DNA of 62,519 nucleotides, filler included, from Choristocarpus tenellus KU-1152 (Eukaryota > Protista > Phaeophyceae), in assembly GCA_964200185.2 (NCBI GenBank). It is 11 parts of 11 records of this genome, joined end to end, with 100 filler letters (N's around TTAATTAATTAA, not from the genome) between each part and the next. Parts side by side here need not be neighbours in the genome. Positions count along the whole stretch, not along the records: positions 23,963 to 28,927 come from CAXNAD020012348.1; positions 29,028 to 33,245 come from CAXNAD020015631.1; positions 33,346 to 41,417 come from CAXNAD020005196.1; 8 more parts are not named here. One strand, given 5' to 3'. How positions within the stretch are numbered: the first letter of the stretch is position 1; the number at the start of each line of letters is the position of its first letter. The translations under genes were made by a program, and so were the position numbers. Below the pieces are notes generated by a model. That model worked only from the letters and a program-made list of their open reading frames with translations. It ran no database searches and was not told the DNA's origin. Below, in pieces: positions 24,741 through 36,600 of this stretch.

Positions 24741-27700
24741 ATGGAACACCGATAAGCTCATAGAAAAGCTTAAACTGAAGTTGAATGAGCAAGCCCAGGG
24801 GAGCTCATCGTACATGTTCCTAGCTGGGTGTAACCTCTTTCGCCATGAGATCCCCACGCGCGACGGTGATCTAATCTCGGCAGAAGAGTTCCAAAGGGTG
24901 GTCAAGTACAAGTTCGGAATTGAGTTAAGCAGGGACGAGACCTGTGCCCTCTTTGGGCACCTCGTGCCAGGGTGTGTTGACAAGATTGCCATTTGTGACA
25001 TGGTGAGTGAACAAAGCAAAAGTATTGTAAGCACCAGGGTCGGGCTTTAGAGCCTCAGGTCCAGCTTGTGACCACTGGTTGGGTACAGGATACACAACCC
25101 ACAGAGACATTGGGCGACTGGAGCTTGGTGAACCTTACAATCAACAAACACCTATGACAGTCCTCATTGACACTAGTACATTTTCCTTTTTCTGTGTTGT
25201 CTCACCCTGCCCTGCCTTCCCTCACCCCGCTTGGAAACCTTGCCCTGCCCTGCTATGTGTACAGCTTCGCAAGCTTGTTCCCAGTGACTATACTAACTCG
25301 TGGTTCAGCACCCGAGAGAGCACTGATATGTTTGGATATCAGAAGGGAGCCCCTGACAAGGTTTGTATGGGAGGGTAAAGTAACTGCTGCTCTTTCTTTG
25401 GAGCACTACACTTTAGTACAATGACTCTTGAGTGAAAGTATCTTAGAGGGTACCAATTTTTCCCTATTTGTCCATTTGGAGCTTGGCTTCCCACGGGTTT
25501 TTTTATGACATTTTCCTACTCCGAAACATTTCGGAGTAGGTAAAATGATACGTTATGAAAAGGTGTATTTGAAACAACGATATTGACACTTCACAAAAAA
25601 TATAATAGCCAAATTTAGATCAAAATCGCAACATTGGAGTTTGGTCCCCAAACGGACGCGGCTCTACCCTCTAAGATACTTTGACTCTCTTGAGGTAATT
25701 ACTCGGAACTATCTGCATAACAAGTGATACAAAAATGTTACAAGAAATTGATGAAGGAATTGAACTTCCAAGTTATTTTTTTTTCTCAACACCCTGGCCG
25801 TTATCTCCTAGTTGTAGAAATGAATTCCTCGTCATAGAATCAATACAGGAGGGCGTTGAGTGCAACGATTTCCAGGCTCAAAGTATCTGGGGGGGGAGGG
25901 GGGTCTGCACTAGGGTGTCTATTTGGGTCATAACCAGGAAAAGTGCACTTACACTATCAATCCGATGTATGCAACCAAATCACCCGAAAATTGCGACATG
26001 GAAAAACGGGCCCAGGCGACACCCCCCTCAGATACTTTAAACCTCCATGCCTTCAAATGTTGCGAAAATTGCGACATGGAAAAATGGGCCCAGCCGACAC
26101 CCCCCTCAGATACTTTAAACCTCCATGCCTTCAAATGTTGCGATTAAGAGGTCAGGGGACAGAGTAAGAGTTGTTGAGGATATGAATCGATAGCTGAATA
26201 ATACAGACATACTCATGTGAGCTTCTGACCTTCCTCTCAATCTGGTCAGCATTCGGCATGCTACCATAGGTGTTATCCAACCAACTACAATCTGAGCGCA
26301 ATGCTACCAAGTGCATTCACTCTTCTGGACAGTGAATGGGGCACTGTCCTACTAAATTTGGCATACTAGACTCTAATCCCCTCCCACTATCCCAGCTTCA
26401 ACGCATATATAGTTCCCCATACATGGGTTGTTTTGGCACATGGTGAGGCGGTGCTGGACTGATGCTCCTACAGTAATAAAATTGTTGTTACATGTATCTC
26501 CCCGTTTAGGTTGACTCCTGATATTGATCATAATCTGGAGTGCTTGAAGTGCAGGCGGGTATTGCAGTTCAACTTGGCGATTTGGAGGTAGATATGTTTT
26601 TCTATATATGTATGTAACCATGACATTTAGAAGACTTTGAATTGTGTGATGTGTTCGATTTGAAATTGAAACCTCCCAGTCAAACAATCATCAAATGTCT
26701 CTTACACTACGTCTGTCAGGCCTCCATTTTTTTTTTCCCATATACCTGCCATCTCTCCTCTGTCCATCAGCTTCCTTATGCATACTTCATGTGGGTCTGC
26801 CAGGTTACCTGATCCTGATTTCCCACACCATTTGTCCCCGTGCCTGATGTACCTAACGCTCTGTGGCACTAGTAGGTGGTATTGCAGGCCAAGAAGATGA
26901 ACGTAGGGGGCTCCTGGAATCTCTCCCTCATTGAGCAAAAGATAAGGGAGAAGATACATGAACGAGTAGGTGGTAAGAGCATCTTTGAGGTGCAAGCCGC
27001 CTATCGTCTGTTCCTCGACGGACGCAACAATGGTCTCACCAAAGCCGGCTTCAAAGCCCAAATGCACGACAAGTTTTCCATTGTCCTTGCTGAGAAGGTG
27101 TGATACTTAGAAAAAGCCTTTCAAGTGCTGATGTAAAACCTCTCTTACTCTACACTATCTCAGCACTTACCGTCTCTGGTTTGACTTGCAATGCATTCAG
27201 GCCTCTCTACCTGTTACGGTGTCCATATTCTCGAGGTGTCGAGGTCATTGCAACTCCTGCACTGTGCAGTCCATGTATAGTGTGGAGAGTGAGGTTCCTC
27301 TGAGAAAGTAGCCTGCCGTTCCGTGTTTGCCACGTTAGGTTACAGGACTATCGCATGATCCAACACACCCCAGTTCATTTGTAGCCTTTGCATTCTTAGT
27401 TATCAGTCAGATGAAGTTGCTCCACAACACCCTTGTAGAAAGTGACACCTAGCACGCATGATAACGCAGTGCTAGATTCTACTTGCCCTCCCCTTTTGCA
27501 CATGTTACTTGAATATCTTCTGTGGTACTCAGCCAAAGTAGTACATGAGAGGTACCCAGGTTCCAGTCGATTTGTATCTATTACGCTACTTTTTTTCCCA
27601 TCTCTAGCAATCCACCCTTGTTTGTATGGATGGCAAGGTAACATTGACTTGATAGGGTTGGTTGCTCTATTGTTTGAAAATTTTCTTCACAGAATCAAGA

Positions 27701-28620
27701 GAACTCTCTGTACAAATTTTACAAAGAGTCGGATTTTGAACCTTTTTTTGGCAGCATCCCTATAATGCGGATGTGGGGTACCTCTCGTTTGCTTTGGCTC
27801 ACTAGAGTTGCATTTCAGTTTTATGAAATTTGGTTGACCAATTGATTCATTGACTAACGCACTTTAGTTTGATGGTTTCGAACTTGTGACAACACAAAAT
27901 CAGACCACACAAAAATTATAAAAGAGGGCAGGGATGAAAAAATGAAAAAAAAAACACTCTAGAAAAAAACGTATCCGAGAAATACGACTGTGAAATGATC
28001 GTCTGGGAAGGACCAGAGGGGATTCGTTTCGTAAGCAAATATAAAAAAATCCAAGTTTTCTTGTTCATCCTGCACGCTCAACAACTCCCATAGGCTGCCA
28101 GCTTCCTTCCAGGGATGCTAGCGATAGTGCAGTTGTAGAATTGAAGAGTCCCAGGGACACTATCCCTATCTGAAATGAAGGAGGCATCATCTAATATTGT
28201 GGCAGACAACTGTTTCCCGGCTTTCTCCGCATCCGTTTTCGTTTCCGTTTTGGTTTCCATATTCTTGAAGGCGATTTCATTGCCTTGATAGGACATGCAC
28301 ACACTGACAGTTTTGCAGTAGTAACTCTTGCAGTTTCCCTTCACCTATCACACCTGCCACAGCCAAAACCCGGTTGGGTTTCCCTTACCCTTACCACTGA
28401 GCAAAAACTCTTGCACGGCACTCAACCTCTCGACTGTTGGCTCGATCGTCTACAGGACATCGATGACCTTTTTAAGAAGTACGACCCATCAGGGACAGGC
28501 TTGCTAGACCTACATCGCTTCATCCTTCGCCTCGTGGGCCAGGAGGCACCTCCAGAGCCTTGGTTTAGGGACAGGAGGACGTACGAATTCCATGTGCTCA
28601 ATCGCGCCCCGATGAAGAAG
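24741..28620 (+). CDS. EF-hand repeat protein (internal exons 24741-25002, 25265-25360, 26888-27097, 28456-28620)
   Basis: Four phase-consistent AG/GT exons. EF-hand loop DIDDLFKKYDPSGTGLLDLHRF and a degenerate DGDLISAEEFQRVV, arranged as two ~120-aa homologous modules. Confidence 0.88.
25430..25687 (+). mobile_element. MITE family B, full length, intronic
   Basis: GAGTGAAAGTATCTTAGAGGGTA..TACCCTCTAAGATACTTTGACTC with 4-bp TSD TCTT. Confidence 0.94.
25875..26043 (+). mobile_element. MITE family A, full length, intronic
   Basis: GGCTCAAAGTATCTG..CAGATACTTTAAACC with 4-bp TSD TCCA. Confidence 0.92.
25985..26143. repeat. 78-bp tandem duplication of the MITE A 3' end plus flank
   Basis: Near-identical units start at 25985 and 26063. 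Confidence 0.92.
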
Positions 28621-28807
28621 GTGGGAGTGTGGTGCAATGGGCAGAGTTTGGTACTTGACTCCAATAATAGGAATTTCTTGTAAGGGGGGAAAGGGGGAGA
28701 CAGTTTTGTTTGGTACTTGCTTGTACACACTGTGGTGTATGTTGAAGCCGTTGCAAATTTATTCCATGTTGGGGAGTGCGTGTGTTCTTGTGTGTATATA
28801 TGTGTTT

Positions 28808-28927
28808 GAGTGAAAGTATCTTAGAGGGTACAAGTTTTACCCTGTTTGTCCATTTGGGACTTGGCTTCCCTCGGTTTTTTTTTATGGCATTTTCCTACTA
28901 CAAGATATTTCAGAGAAGTTAAAATGT
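28808..28927 (+). mobile_element. MITE family B, 5' half truncated by linker
   Basis: Begins GAGTGAAAGTATCTTAGAGGGTAC. Confidence 0.9.
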
Positions 28928-29027
28928 NNNNNNNNNNNNNNNNNNNNNNNNNNNNNNNNNNNNNNNNNNNNTTAATTAATTAANNNNNNNNNNNNNNNNN
29001 NNNNNNNNNNNNNNNNNNNNNNNNNNN
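28928..29027. other. Artificial contig linker
   Basis: N44-TTAATTAATTAA-N44. Confidence 0.98.
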
Positions 29028-30185
29028 ATGATTAAAAAAAAGCGCTCGTAATCGTTTCCATCCTATCCATGAAGCTTATGATTGATTTCCCACTCTTTGA
29101 CCTCGACAAGGATGTACTCGTCGAGGCCCAGAACGAAATGCATCTGGTCTCGCCCTTGCTCTGAGACCTTGATGTGACCCTTAGTTAGGAGCTCTCTCTC
29201 CCATTTACTCACAGTTTCCGACCTGACCATCGCATATCCTGCTGCCATCTCGAGCGCTGTTTGACGGTATTTCCCAATGTTAGAACCTTTATTATCACAT
29301 TTCCTCCTTGAGTGCCGGAAATGGGTTACCATATTTCGGACTTCAGAGCCCTTGTAGCCCGACCCTAACACCTGAGTTTTCACTTAGGCCTTTCCTGAGC
29401 GCAATGGCACGCAGTCACACTGCTCTCCTTCCCAACCTTCCCTTCGGCCGACCGCTCTGATTCTCCCTTTGCCAGCCGTGACCAGGCTTCCCCACACAGA
29501 CTTTGTCACTCTACCACACCTGGTAATGGATTCACTGCTCTCTTCCTGCTTTCCTGAGGCGGCAGAGACTGCAGAGCAGTGCTCCAACGCAGTTGAAGAT
29601 CCAACCACGTTTGTGTGGTAATGCTTTCCATGTATCTTCTCTCAGCGCCAGTGTTGCGACCACGTGGTCCATTTCACGATTAGATCATGCTGCTGTGCCG
29701 CATTACATGCACTTTCTCGTCACCTAACATCGCACTAGGTTTCATGCAGTACTTGTTTTTCCGGTGGCTCTTGACAGAGAAGGTGCCAGGGGTAGATCCA
29801 GGGGGAAGAGTGGCCTCAGCGACTCTCCTTGTATCACCGTCGCGGTTCACGTTGATGTGTGGGTCACGTGCGTGTGTGTGTCGTCACAGAAAATCTGCAA
29901 AAGGCGTTAAAAAGGTGTCCCGAAATCTTGAAAAAAAACTTTGATACTGCCGCACCAGCCAAACTTGGACAGGGACCTACCCCGGACCAGGCTTCTGGAA
30001 GGAGTTCAGGCAACTGCTTCATTTTAACCCATTTTGAAGTCGTGACCTTCAAAATTGCGCTGGAGATATTCCCCCGCGTTTTTTTCCATTATTTGATTGG
30101 GACATAGCTCCCGTTCCCCAAAGCCTGGACATTTGTGGATACAAACCTTCAAAAGCTCTTGTCATACCCTTTCATTTGATATATA

Positions 30186-30530
30186 TTTTTTATTATTATG
30201 CCCGCTGACATTTTCCAGATGTGTCAGGGGGGAAACAAATGAAAACTATACATATGTCAGTATAAGCCCTAAAGAAATAAAATATCACAAATGTAAAAAA
30301 CAATTTAAAACACTATAAATGTGAAAAACACTAATCTGTTACTTCACCGCTATCAATGTTGTACTACTGCCTTCCTGTGCCTCCAATCTACCTACTCCTG
30401 CGCCCCGGGGGGAGGAGCTAGTGAGGCATCCCAAGAATCCAATAAACCCCTCCATTCCCATCTCCCTGGTGACTCTAGCTTAAAACGCATGACACGTCTA
30501 GACAGTGCCAATTGCGTAGTCACTGAGACA
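30186..30530 (+). repeat. Dispersed repeat family C (motif plus long segment)
   Basis: Joins the ~60-bp motif (12078, 13778, 48343) to the segment matching 12991-13260. Confidence 0.85.
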
Positions 30531-30600
30531 ATTTGGCGTAGGCGGGATTTGACTACTCCTTTTCTGCTAAATCCTCCAGTTCCTCATGTGAGTAGCCAGC

Positions 30601-30924
30601 TCATCCAGCTTGCTTGCCGAGGCACCCAAAACGTTCCACCGCGAAGGTGTTGAGGTTATAACTATGAGGATCAAAGGAGCCCTCGTCGTGGGTGCGCTTT
30701 CGCACCTCGGCTGCAGCAGCAGCTACACCATTCCTGGTGGATGATGGGGTTAGGTGGGATGTTGCCTGTACCTCTGCAAAGGTGAGGTCTAGCAGAAGAC
30801 CTTTGTCCTTGCAGGGAGCTGTTCTGGCGTCTGCTAGTGCCCCTGCGTGAAACACCAGATCCATGCGGAGATACCTGTCTACTGTGAAAGGGCTACTGTC
30901 CTCTGTAGTGCAAGGGATGCCCAT
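30601..30924 (-). mobile_element. Restriction-like endonuclease fragment of a CRE-type non-LTR retrotransposon
   Basis: RMDLV..LLLDLTFA..AAAAAEVRKRTH..FAVERFGCLGKQA fits the RxD..DxT..AAxxAExxK..AVExxGxxG pattern at the C-terminus of CRE/SLACS-like ORFs. Confidence 0.82.
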
Positions 30925-31157
30925 CCCCTTGCATAGATATATTTGTTGTATATCTGTTGCGGCTATACGGTGAAAAAATTCAAGATTGCCACAGACCGTG
31001 AAGCTACTGGTACCACTTTAGGGTGGTAGTTTGACTTACTACTTACTAGAACTATCAAGAAATGTGGAAGAAAAAATTCGATGTTACTACTGTTAGAGGA
31101 TCAATAACAGATAATCCGTCAGGAGAGTACTTCGGAGCATATTAAAAAAATTAATGA

Positions 31158-31478
31158 GGGCTTTTCACAAGACAGCAAATTAAAAAAAGTCATGTCCACT
31201 GGGCAGACCAGTCCAACAATTATTTAACATGTCCCAGTCCGTGTCTACTAGGTATTGGACCGGTCCATGTCCTTGTCCATGTCCATGTCCGCAGACTGGT
31301 CCCACAATTACTCAAAATATCCTGGTTCGTGTCCAGTAGGTATTGAACTGGTCCATGTCCACTGGTTAGACCAGGCCAAACATTCTTTGACATGACAAGA
31401 CCATGTTCACAGGGTATTGTACTGGTCCATGTCCACCGTCAGCCAGTCTCATTTTTTCTCTTACATGTCTGGACGATG
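31158..31478 (+). repeat. Dispersed repeat family D with internal GTCCATGTCC subrepeats
   Basis: Reverse-complement copy at 61156-61390. Confidence 0.8.
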
Positions 31479-31795
31479 GAGTAACAAATTTTCAATTTTA
31501 TTATTCTAAATAGAACAATTGTGAAAAGTAGGTTTGTCTGCTTTTGTACCGTTATTGCCATATGCCATATGCCACTTTACTGATTGAGGCTCCCTTGTCA
31601 GGAATCCCCCGATTCCGGTTGAGGGTCTTACAAATAATTGTGGCATTGAATTTTTCAAGAGATCAATCCCACAAATAGTGGATATCAGCGGAGTAGGGGT
31701 GGGAGTAGGTGGTACTGGGAGGGCAGGTGGGCTTAGGGTGCCAGTTGGTCGGTGGAGTGCCTAGGTAAAGACGGAAGGGCAGGTGTGGGAGTGTA

Positions 31796-31975
31796 GGCTC
31801 AAAGTATCTCGGAGGGGGTGGCGGCTGTCCATTTGGGGTCAATTTTTTCATATCACGATTTTGGGTGATTTGGCTGCCACACGTTTGATGGATCATGCAA
31901 ATACACTTTTCCCGATTTTGGTCCAAATGGACACCCTCGTGTAGACACCCCCCACCCCCCCAGATACTTTGGGTC
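31796..31975 (-). mobile_element. MITE family A, full length
   Basis: GGCTCAAAGTATCTC..CAGATACTTTGGGTC with 4-bp TSD TGTA. The interior is inverted relative to the 25875 copy. Confidence 0.94.
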
Positions 31976-32081
31976 TGTAGTGCGTGAGAAGGTGGCGGGT
32001 TGGGGGGGGGGACACGTGGAGAAGTCCAAGGAGTACAAGGCGTCCAAGCTCCGAAATCCGTGTCTGGCCATTGTAATTCAG

Positions 32082-33245
32082 TTAATGTGGGTGTGGGTAG
32101 TCACTGTAGCCCAGCCAGTAGTCGTCATAGCACAGGTGGAGTACACAAATGACGGCTTGAACCAGGTACCAGCAGGGCAATGAAGGACAGTGAGACAGGT
32201 GATGATGAGTGATGCTGCAACAGTCCAATGAGGGTGGCTTGCCAATTTGTAGGGAGATGGAGGTTCCCAATGCTGGAGGCACTGATGGGGTGGGCAGGGG
32301 TAAAAAGGGTGTGACAAGAGGTGGTGGGTGGTGTATTTGACAGGGGGGATTAGCCAGGGGAGGAGCTGTGCAGTCAGGGTGGTTTGATTGTGGTGAGGTC
32401 AACTTTGGGTGTGTCTTGTACTGTGAGTGTGTGCTTGGTCGTAATTGGTGGTGGGGTGGGGGCATCGTGAGGTGGTGAGGTGGGGACAGGTGGACAGTTT
32501 GGAAGTGGTAAAGGTGGTGTCCAGGGTGGTGACAGTAGCTGCAGTGGAGAGCTCGATCAGTAGGAGTAAGCCTGAGGGGTCCCCAACTCAGCTTTTGGTC
32601 TTGCGGACGCGCATGAGACACTGGTCTGGACTATTGCCCCCTGCTGGAGTCCGTGAAGGTCTTGCGCAGGTCCATGGCAGGTAGCAACGATATTTTGTAT
32701 CAGCTGGGCGTCAACTTCTTCGTATGGGATGGTAGGTGGAGTAGCAGTGGTGAAAATATGAGAAGCGTGCTGGATCAAAACTTGCTGGGCCCGAAGGGTC
32801 CACATAGCTCCAGATGCTCACGAAGTAGAGTTCGAACGTGGTTCAGGGGGAGTCATCGCCAGGTGAAATAGGTGGTGTTAGCTTGCGTTCCATGGTGGTA
32901 CATTGGGTTTGTCTAGTGTGTAGTTGGTGAAAGTACAAGAAAAGGTCGGGTAAATGTGTTGTTGTATGTTTCGATCAAGTGTTGAGGCTCATAATAACCT
33001 GTTGAAACCTGAATCGAATGCATCGTAAATGTAGGCAAAATGCGTAGACTACTAGCGATGAGGAATCATGGTGTTGCGAAGCACCGATGAGTGATATGCG
33101 TAGTCATGTTATGGATAGGTGTGATTGTGCTGTAAAGCACCGATGTATTTATTCTGTTGTAACTGAGGTCATTGATCTCTCAGTAGTCAAGAATGATGCG
33201 ATGTGAATTCAGTGTTCTTTCATGTGATACTCAACGAAAGAAGTC
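32082..33245 (-). mobile_element. Ty1/Copia remnant: 5' LTR (33000-33245, truncated), PBS (32986-32999), decayed gag
   Basis: The minus strand reads LTR end ..CAACA then GGTTAT(TAT)GAGCC, a copia-type half-tRNAiMet PBS. Downstream lie a degenerate zinc knuckle CSYCHHPGHH and a Pro-rich tract. The LTR matches 42684-42870. Confidence 0.85.
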
Positions 33246-33345
33246 NNNNNNNNNNNNNNNNNNNNNNNNNNNNNNNNNNNNNNNNNNNNTTAATTAATTA
33301 ANNNNNNNNNNNNNNNNNNNNNNNNNNNNNNNNNNNNNNNNNNNN
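33246..33345. other. Artificial contig linker
   Basis: N44-TTAATTAATTAA-N44. The right flank is a poly-C plus AGATACTTTGAC MITE terminus. Confidence 0.98.
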
Positions 33346-33630
33346 CCCCCCGTTCCCCCCCCCCCCCCCCCCCCCCCCTAGATACTTTGACTTTGCTGTC
33401 TGTGGATGCAAGGCAAGATCCTATCAAATGGCAGGGTTCTGGGCAGCACCTTGCCCTATATCTTGTGCTCCAGTCTTACGATATTTATGTTCTACCTCAT
33501 CGTATGTGTGCACTACTGTGGGGCATAGGGCATCCAAGCACATCAAGAGACTTGCATAGTAATGCTTTTGCTGAAAGACAACATTTTGCCCTCTTTCCTT
33601 CACGGCTCCCCAATCTTGGTCGATCTGCAG

Positions 33631-36600
33631 GCCCGGGAACTAGCAGAGAAAGAGGAAGGCATTACAGAGCTCAATCGAGAGTTCAGGGACCTTGAAGAGG
33701 AGGTAGGTCATTGTGTCCGGATCCTAATCCACCCCTCTTAGTGCCCCAGCACTAATATCGCCAATGCAGTTGATCCGAAAATACTCGAACGTGACTAGAA
33801 GAGAGATTTGACTTAAGCGCCTTGGATCGCAGCGGTTGTTCCATTTGACGACGCCTCTTGACCTCCATGATCCATGGAAACATTGACTTTGTTTTTCAAA
33901 CCCCTATCCCTCAGAGAGTCTACCTTTACTCCTTGTGTTGGTGCTTGGAGTACTACAGGTGGAGGTGAAGACGAAGAAGCTCAAGAAGCTGTGGAGTAAG
34001 TATCAGACAGCGCAGCAGGAGGTGAGCGATATTCAGGTCGAGTTTCAGCAGGAGCGATCAGATATGCTTGATACCATTCGGGAACTCACAAGGCAGCTCA
34101 AACTCAAGGAGGTGAGGGGTACATCTACACCTGTACACACATATACACGTGCGCACGCGCGCACACACACACACACTATTGGTTGCCCCACGTGTAAACC
34201 CCATTCCGATATCCTTTTGGCCATTATTTTGTGTCATCATAATAGAAGATGATTTGGAAGATGAAGAGGAACAAAGCAAGTAAAATCTGAGGCCTCTCTT
34301 TTTGCCCTTGCTTGAAAAGGCTACAAATGGCCGCATCATGGTTTCCTCAAACATGTTACAGTAAAGTCCCACTTTAGTGCTGCCCGGAATAGTTCATGTC
34401 CTGCAACAGTACGGTTAAAATCGCTTGACACGACTTCGGTCCCTCCATAGTGCGGTTATGTACCCCTGATAGTGCGGTTAGGGGGTCATGATGACCCTTA
34501 ATAGTGCGGTCACCACACATTCTCTCTGTACACACCACATACACACACAGAAAACCTGTCATACTGTACTACAGCAGTACTACTGTTGTGCAGCAGTAGG
34601 CGTGTACCACGCGATGCCCTGTGCTGCAGGTGAGCTATGCCTGTTTCCTGACATGACCCCAAAAGAACCTAACGGCCATGTATGCCAAGGAGGGTGTGGT
34701 GGCCGGCTCCACGGCACCTGTAGTGAAGTGGAGCCGGAGAGCAGCAACGAATTGCACCGCATCTGCCCCACATGCGTTGCTGCCAAGCAGTCTGCCAAGC
34801 AGTCCTCACAAGCTGCTGCGGGCAAGCGCAAACTTGGTGCGGCATCTTCCTTGGGAGGGCCTGGAGCCGCCAAGAAAGCAACATGCACGTCCCGCAGACT
34901 GCTGACTCTGGGCAAAAGCTGGAAGTTGTGGAGGTGCTGGGCCAAAAGGTTACTCACACTGAGATAGCTCGGAGGTACAACTGCAGCACGAGAACGGTGT
35001 CAAACATCGCCAGTAGCAAGGAACAACTGAAGAACCGGGGCTCCACAGCCTCAGCATGCGAGATCAATGTGAAGTTAGATGACTCTGGTAGACGCGAAGT
35101 TGAGGTGCCTCCGCCTTATTCGGAACTTTCTTCCCACTTCCATCACTTCGAGACCATCGCCGAGAAATGTGGCATGCAGGAGGCCGCTTTCCACCTACAG
35201 AAGGCCAGGATGGCAATGATCAACACTCATGCCTCTAAGCCTGTACAACAGACAGATATTAGAGCCTTTGCGAGCCTACCAGAGAGGGATATGTAGTGGA
35301 GAGCGGGGTGGTAGTGGTTCAGTGTCTTAATTCCAGCCGTACTTTGTCTTGATTTTCAGGTGTATCGCTGGTGGTCCTCTTTAGTTACGGTTTGGTGTAG
35401 AAGCGACGAGTAGGCTCGGGTGCGGGCAGTCAGTCCTCCTGCTCTGCGCTCTGACGTGTGGTGGATTTTGAGTGCGGTGTGCGGTGATACGAGTACAGCA
35501 TGAATGGATCGTCATCAGGGTTCTGAGCATGAGCCGTACTCTGAAAATTATCGTGTATTGCAATGATATGCGTGAGATACAGCAACACTACAGCAGGACC
35601 ATACTGCTGTTATTCCCTTTCTGGATACAGTACGTACTGTACAATACTGCTGTATATTGCCCAGTACCGCTGTCTATGCGATATGACACAATGTGCATGG
35701 TACGGAATGCACTGCCACAAACACAACAGTTACAGCCTCATACAGCAGTGCAGTACCCGAAACAAGCAGCCGTGACCGTCCTCTCATCACACTCCATATT
35801 ATCCATGTGGCCGCACACGTTGTTTTTGTGCGGTAGGCGATACTGTCGTACCAGGTATGTGTTTACGGTGTGTCATTACTCTGAAATACGCGCATATGTA
35901 GATGATTTCCTTGAATAGTGCGGGGTCCCGTAATAGTGCGGCAAATGCTTCTTGTCACTACACCACACTAAAGTGGGACCCTTACTGTACAGAGATTTGT
36001 GTTTGGTGCGGAACCTTTTTTGTGAGCATATTTGTTTTTAGTACAATATTTGGTATATGGCTTCTACTTCTACAGGAAGTTCAGAAATACCTTCTTGGTT
36101 TGATTATGCTTCTGCCATTCTTATGCCTTGGCCATTGTGGCCTTTCATCACAATCTACGGGACGTTTTACCAGCACAGCCAGGAAGCTTGTTTTTGAAAA
36201 GTTCAGGTTTTCAGTTTTTGAAGTGTGTTTATGAGGTTGAAAAAATCGAAGGTTTTGCCATGCATAGTGTCATCTACTATGTTTTAGAGGAATAATACCA
36301 TCTTGAAGGTTTCGGACCTTAACTGAGTCTCTCTGGGACATATTGGGGCCCTGTTAGGTCGCTCTGGAGCTCTTGGGGCATCTTAGGGCACCCTGGTCTC
36401 CTACCCTTGTCAGAACTCCACACCTTACTATGGGGAGCGTCATATATACCAATATGAGCTACAGAGCCCTCGGGGATTATTTCCATGCTATATATATATA
36501 CTTATATAGAGAGAGAGGCAAAGAAAACAGAAGGTTCGCAGAGTTGAGTTCTAAGGATGGTGATAAATATGTGCAAAACTTGGATTTCTTTACAAATGTG

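Noticed and set aside
30321-30653. Paralogous small ORFs (also 12959-13204) as a gene family
   Set aside because: They have non-ATG starts, divergent ends and frameshifts, and are explained by dispersed repeat family C.
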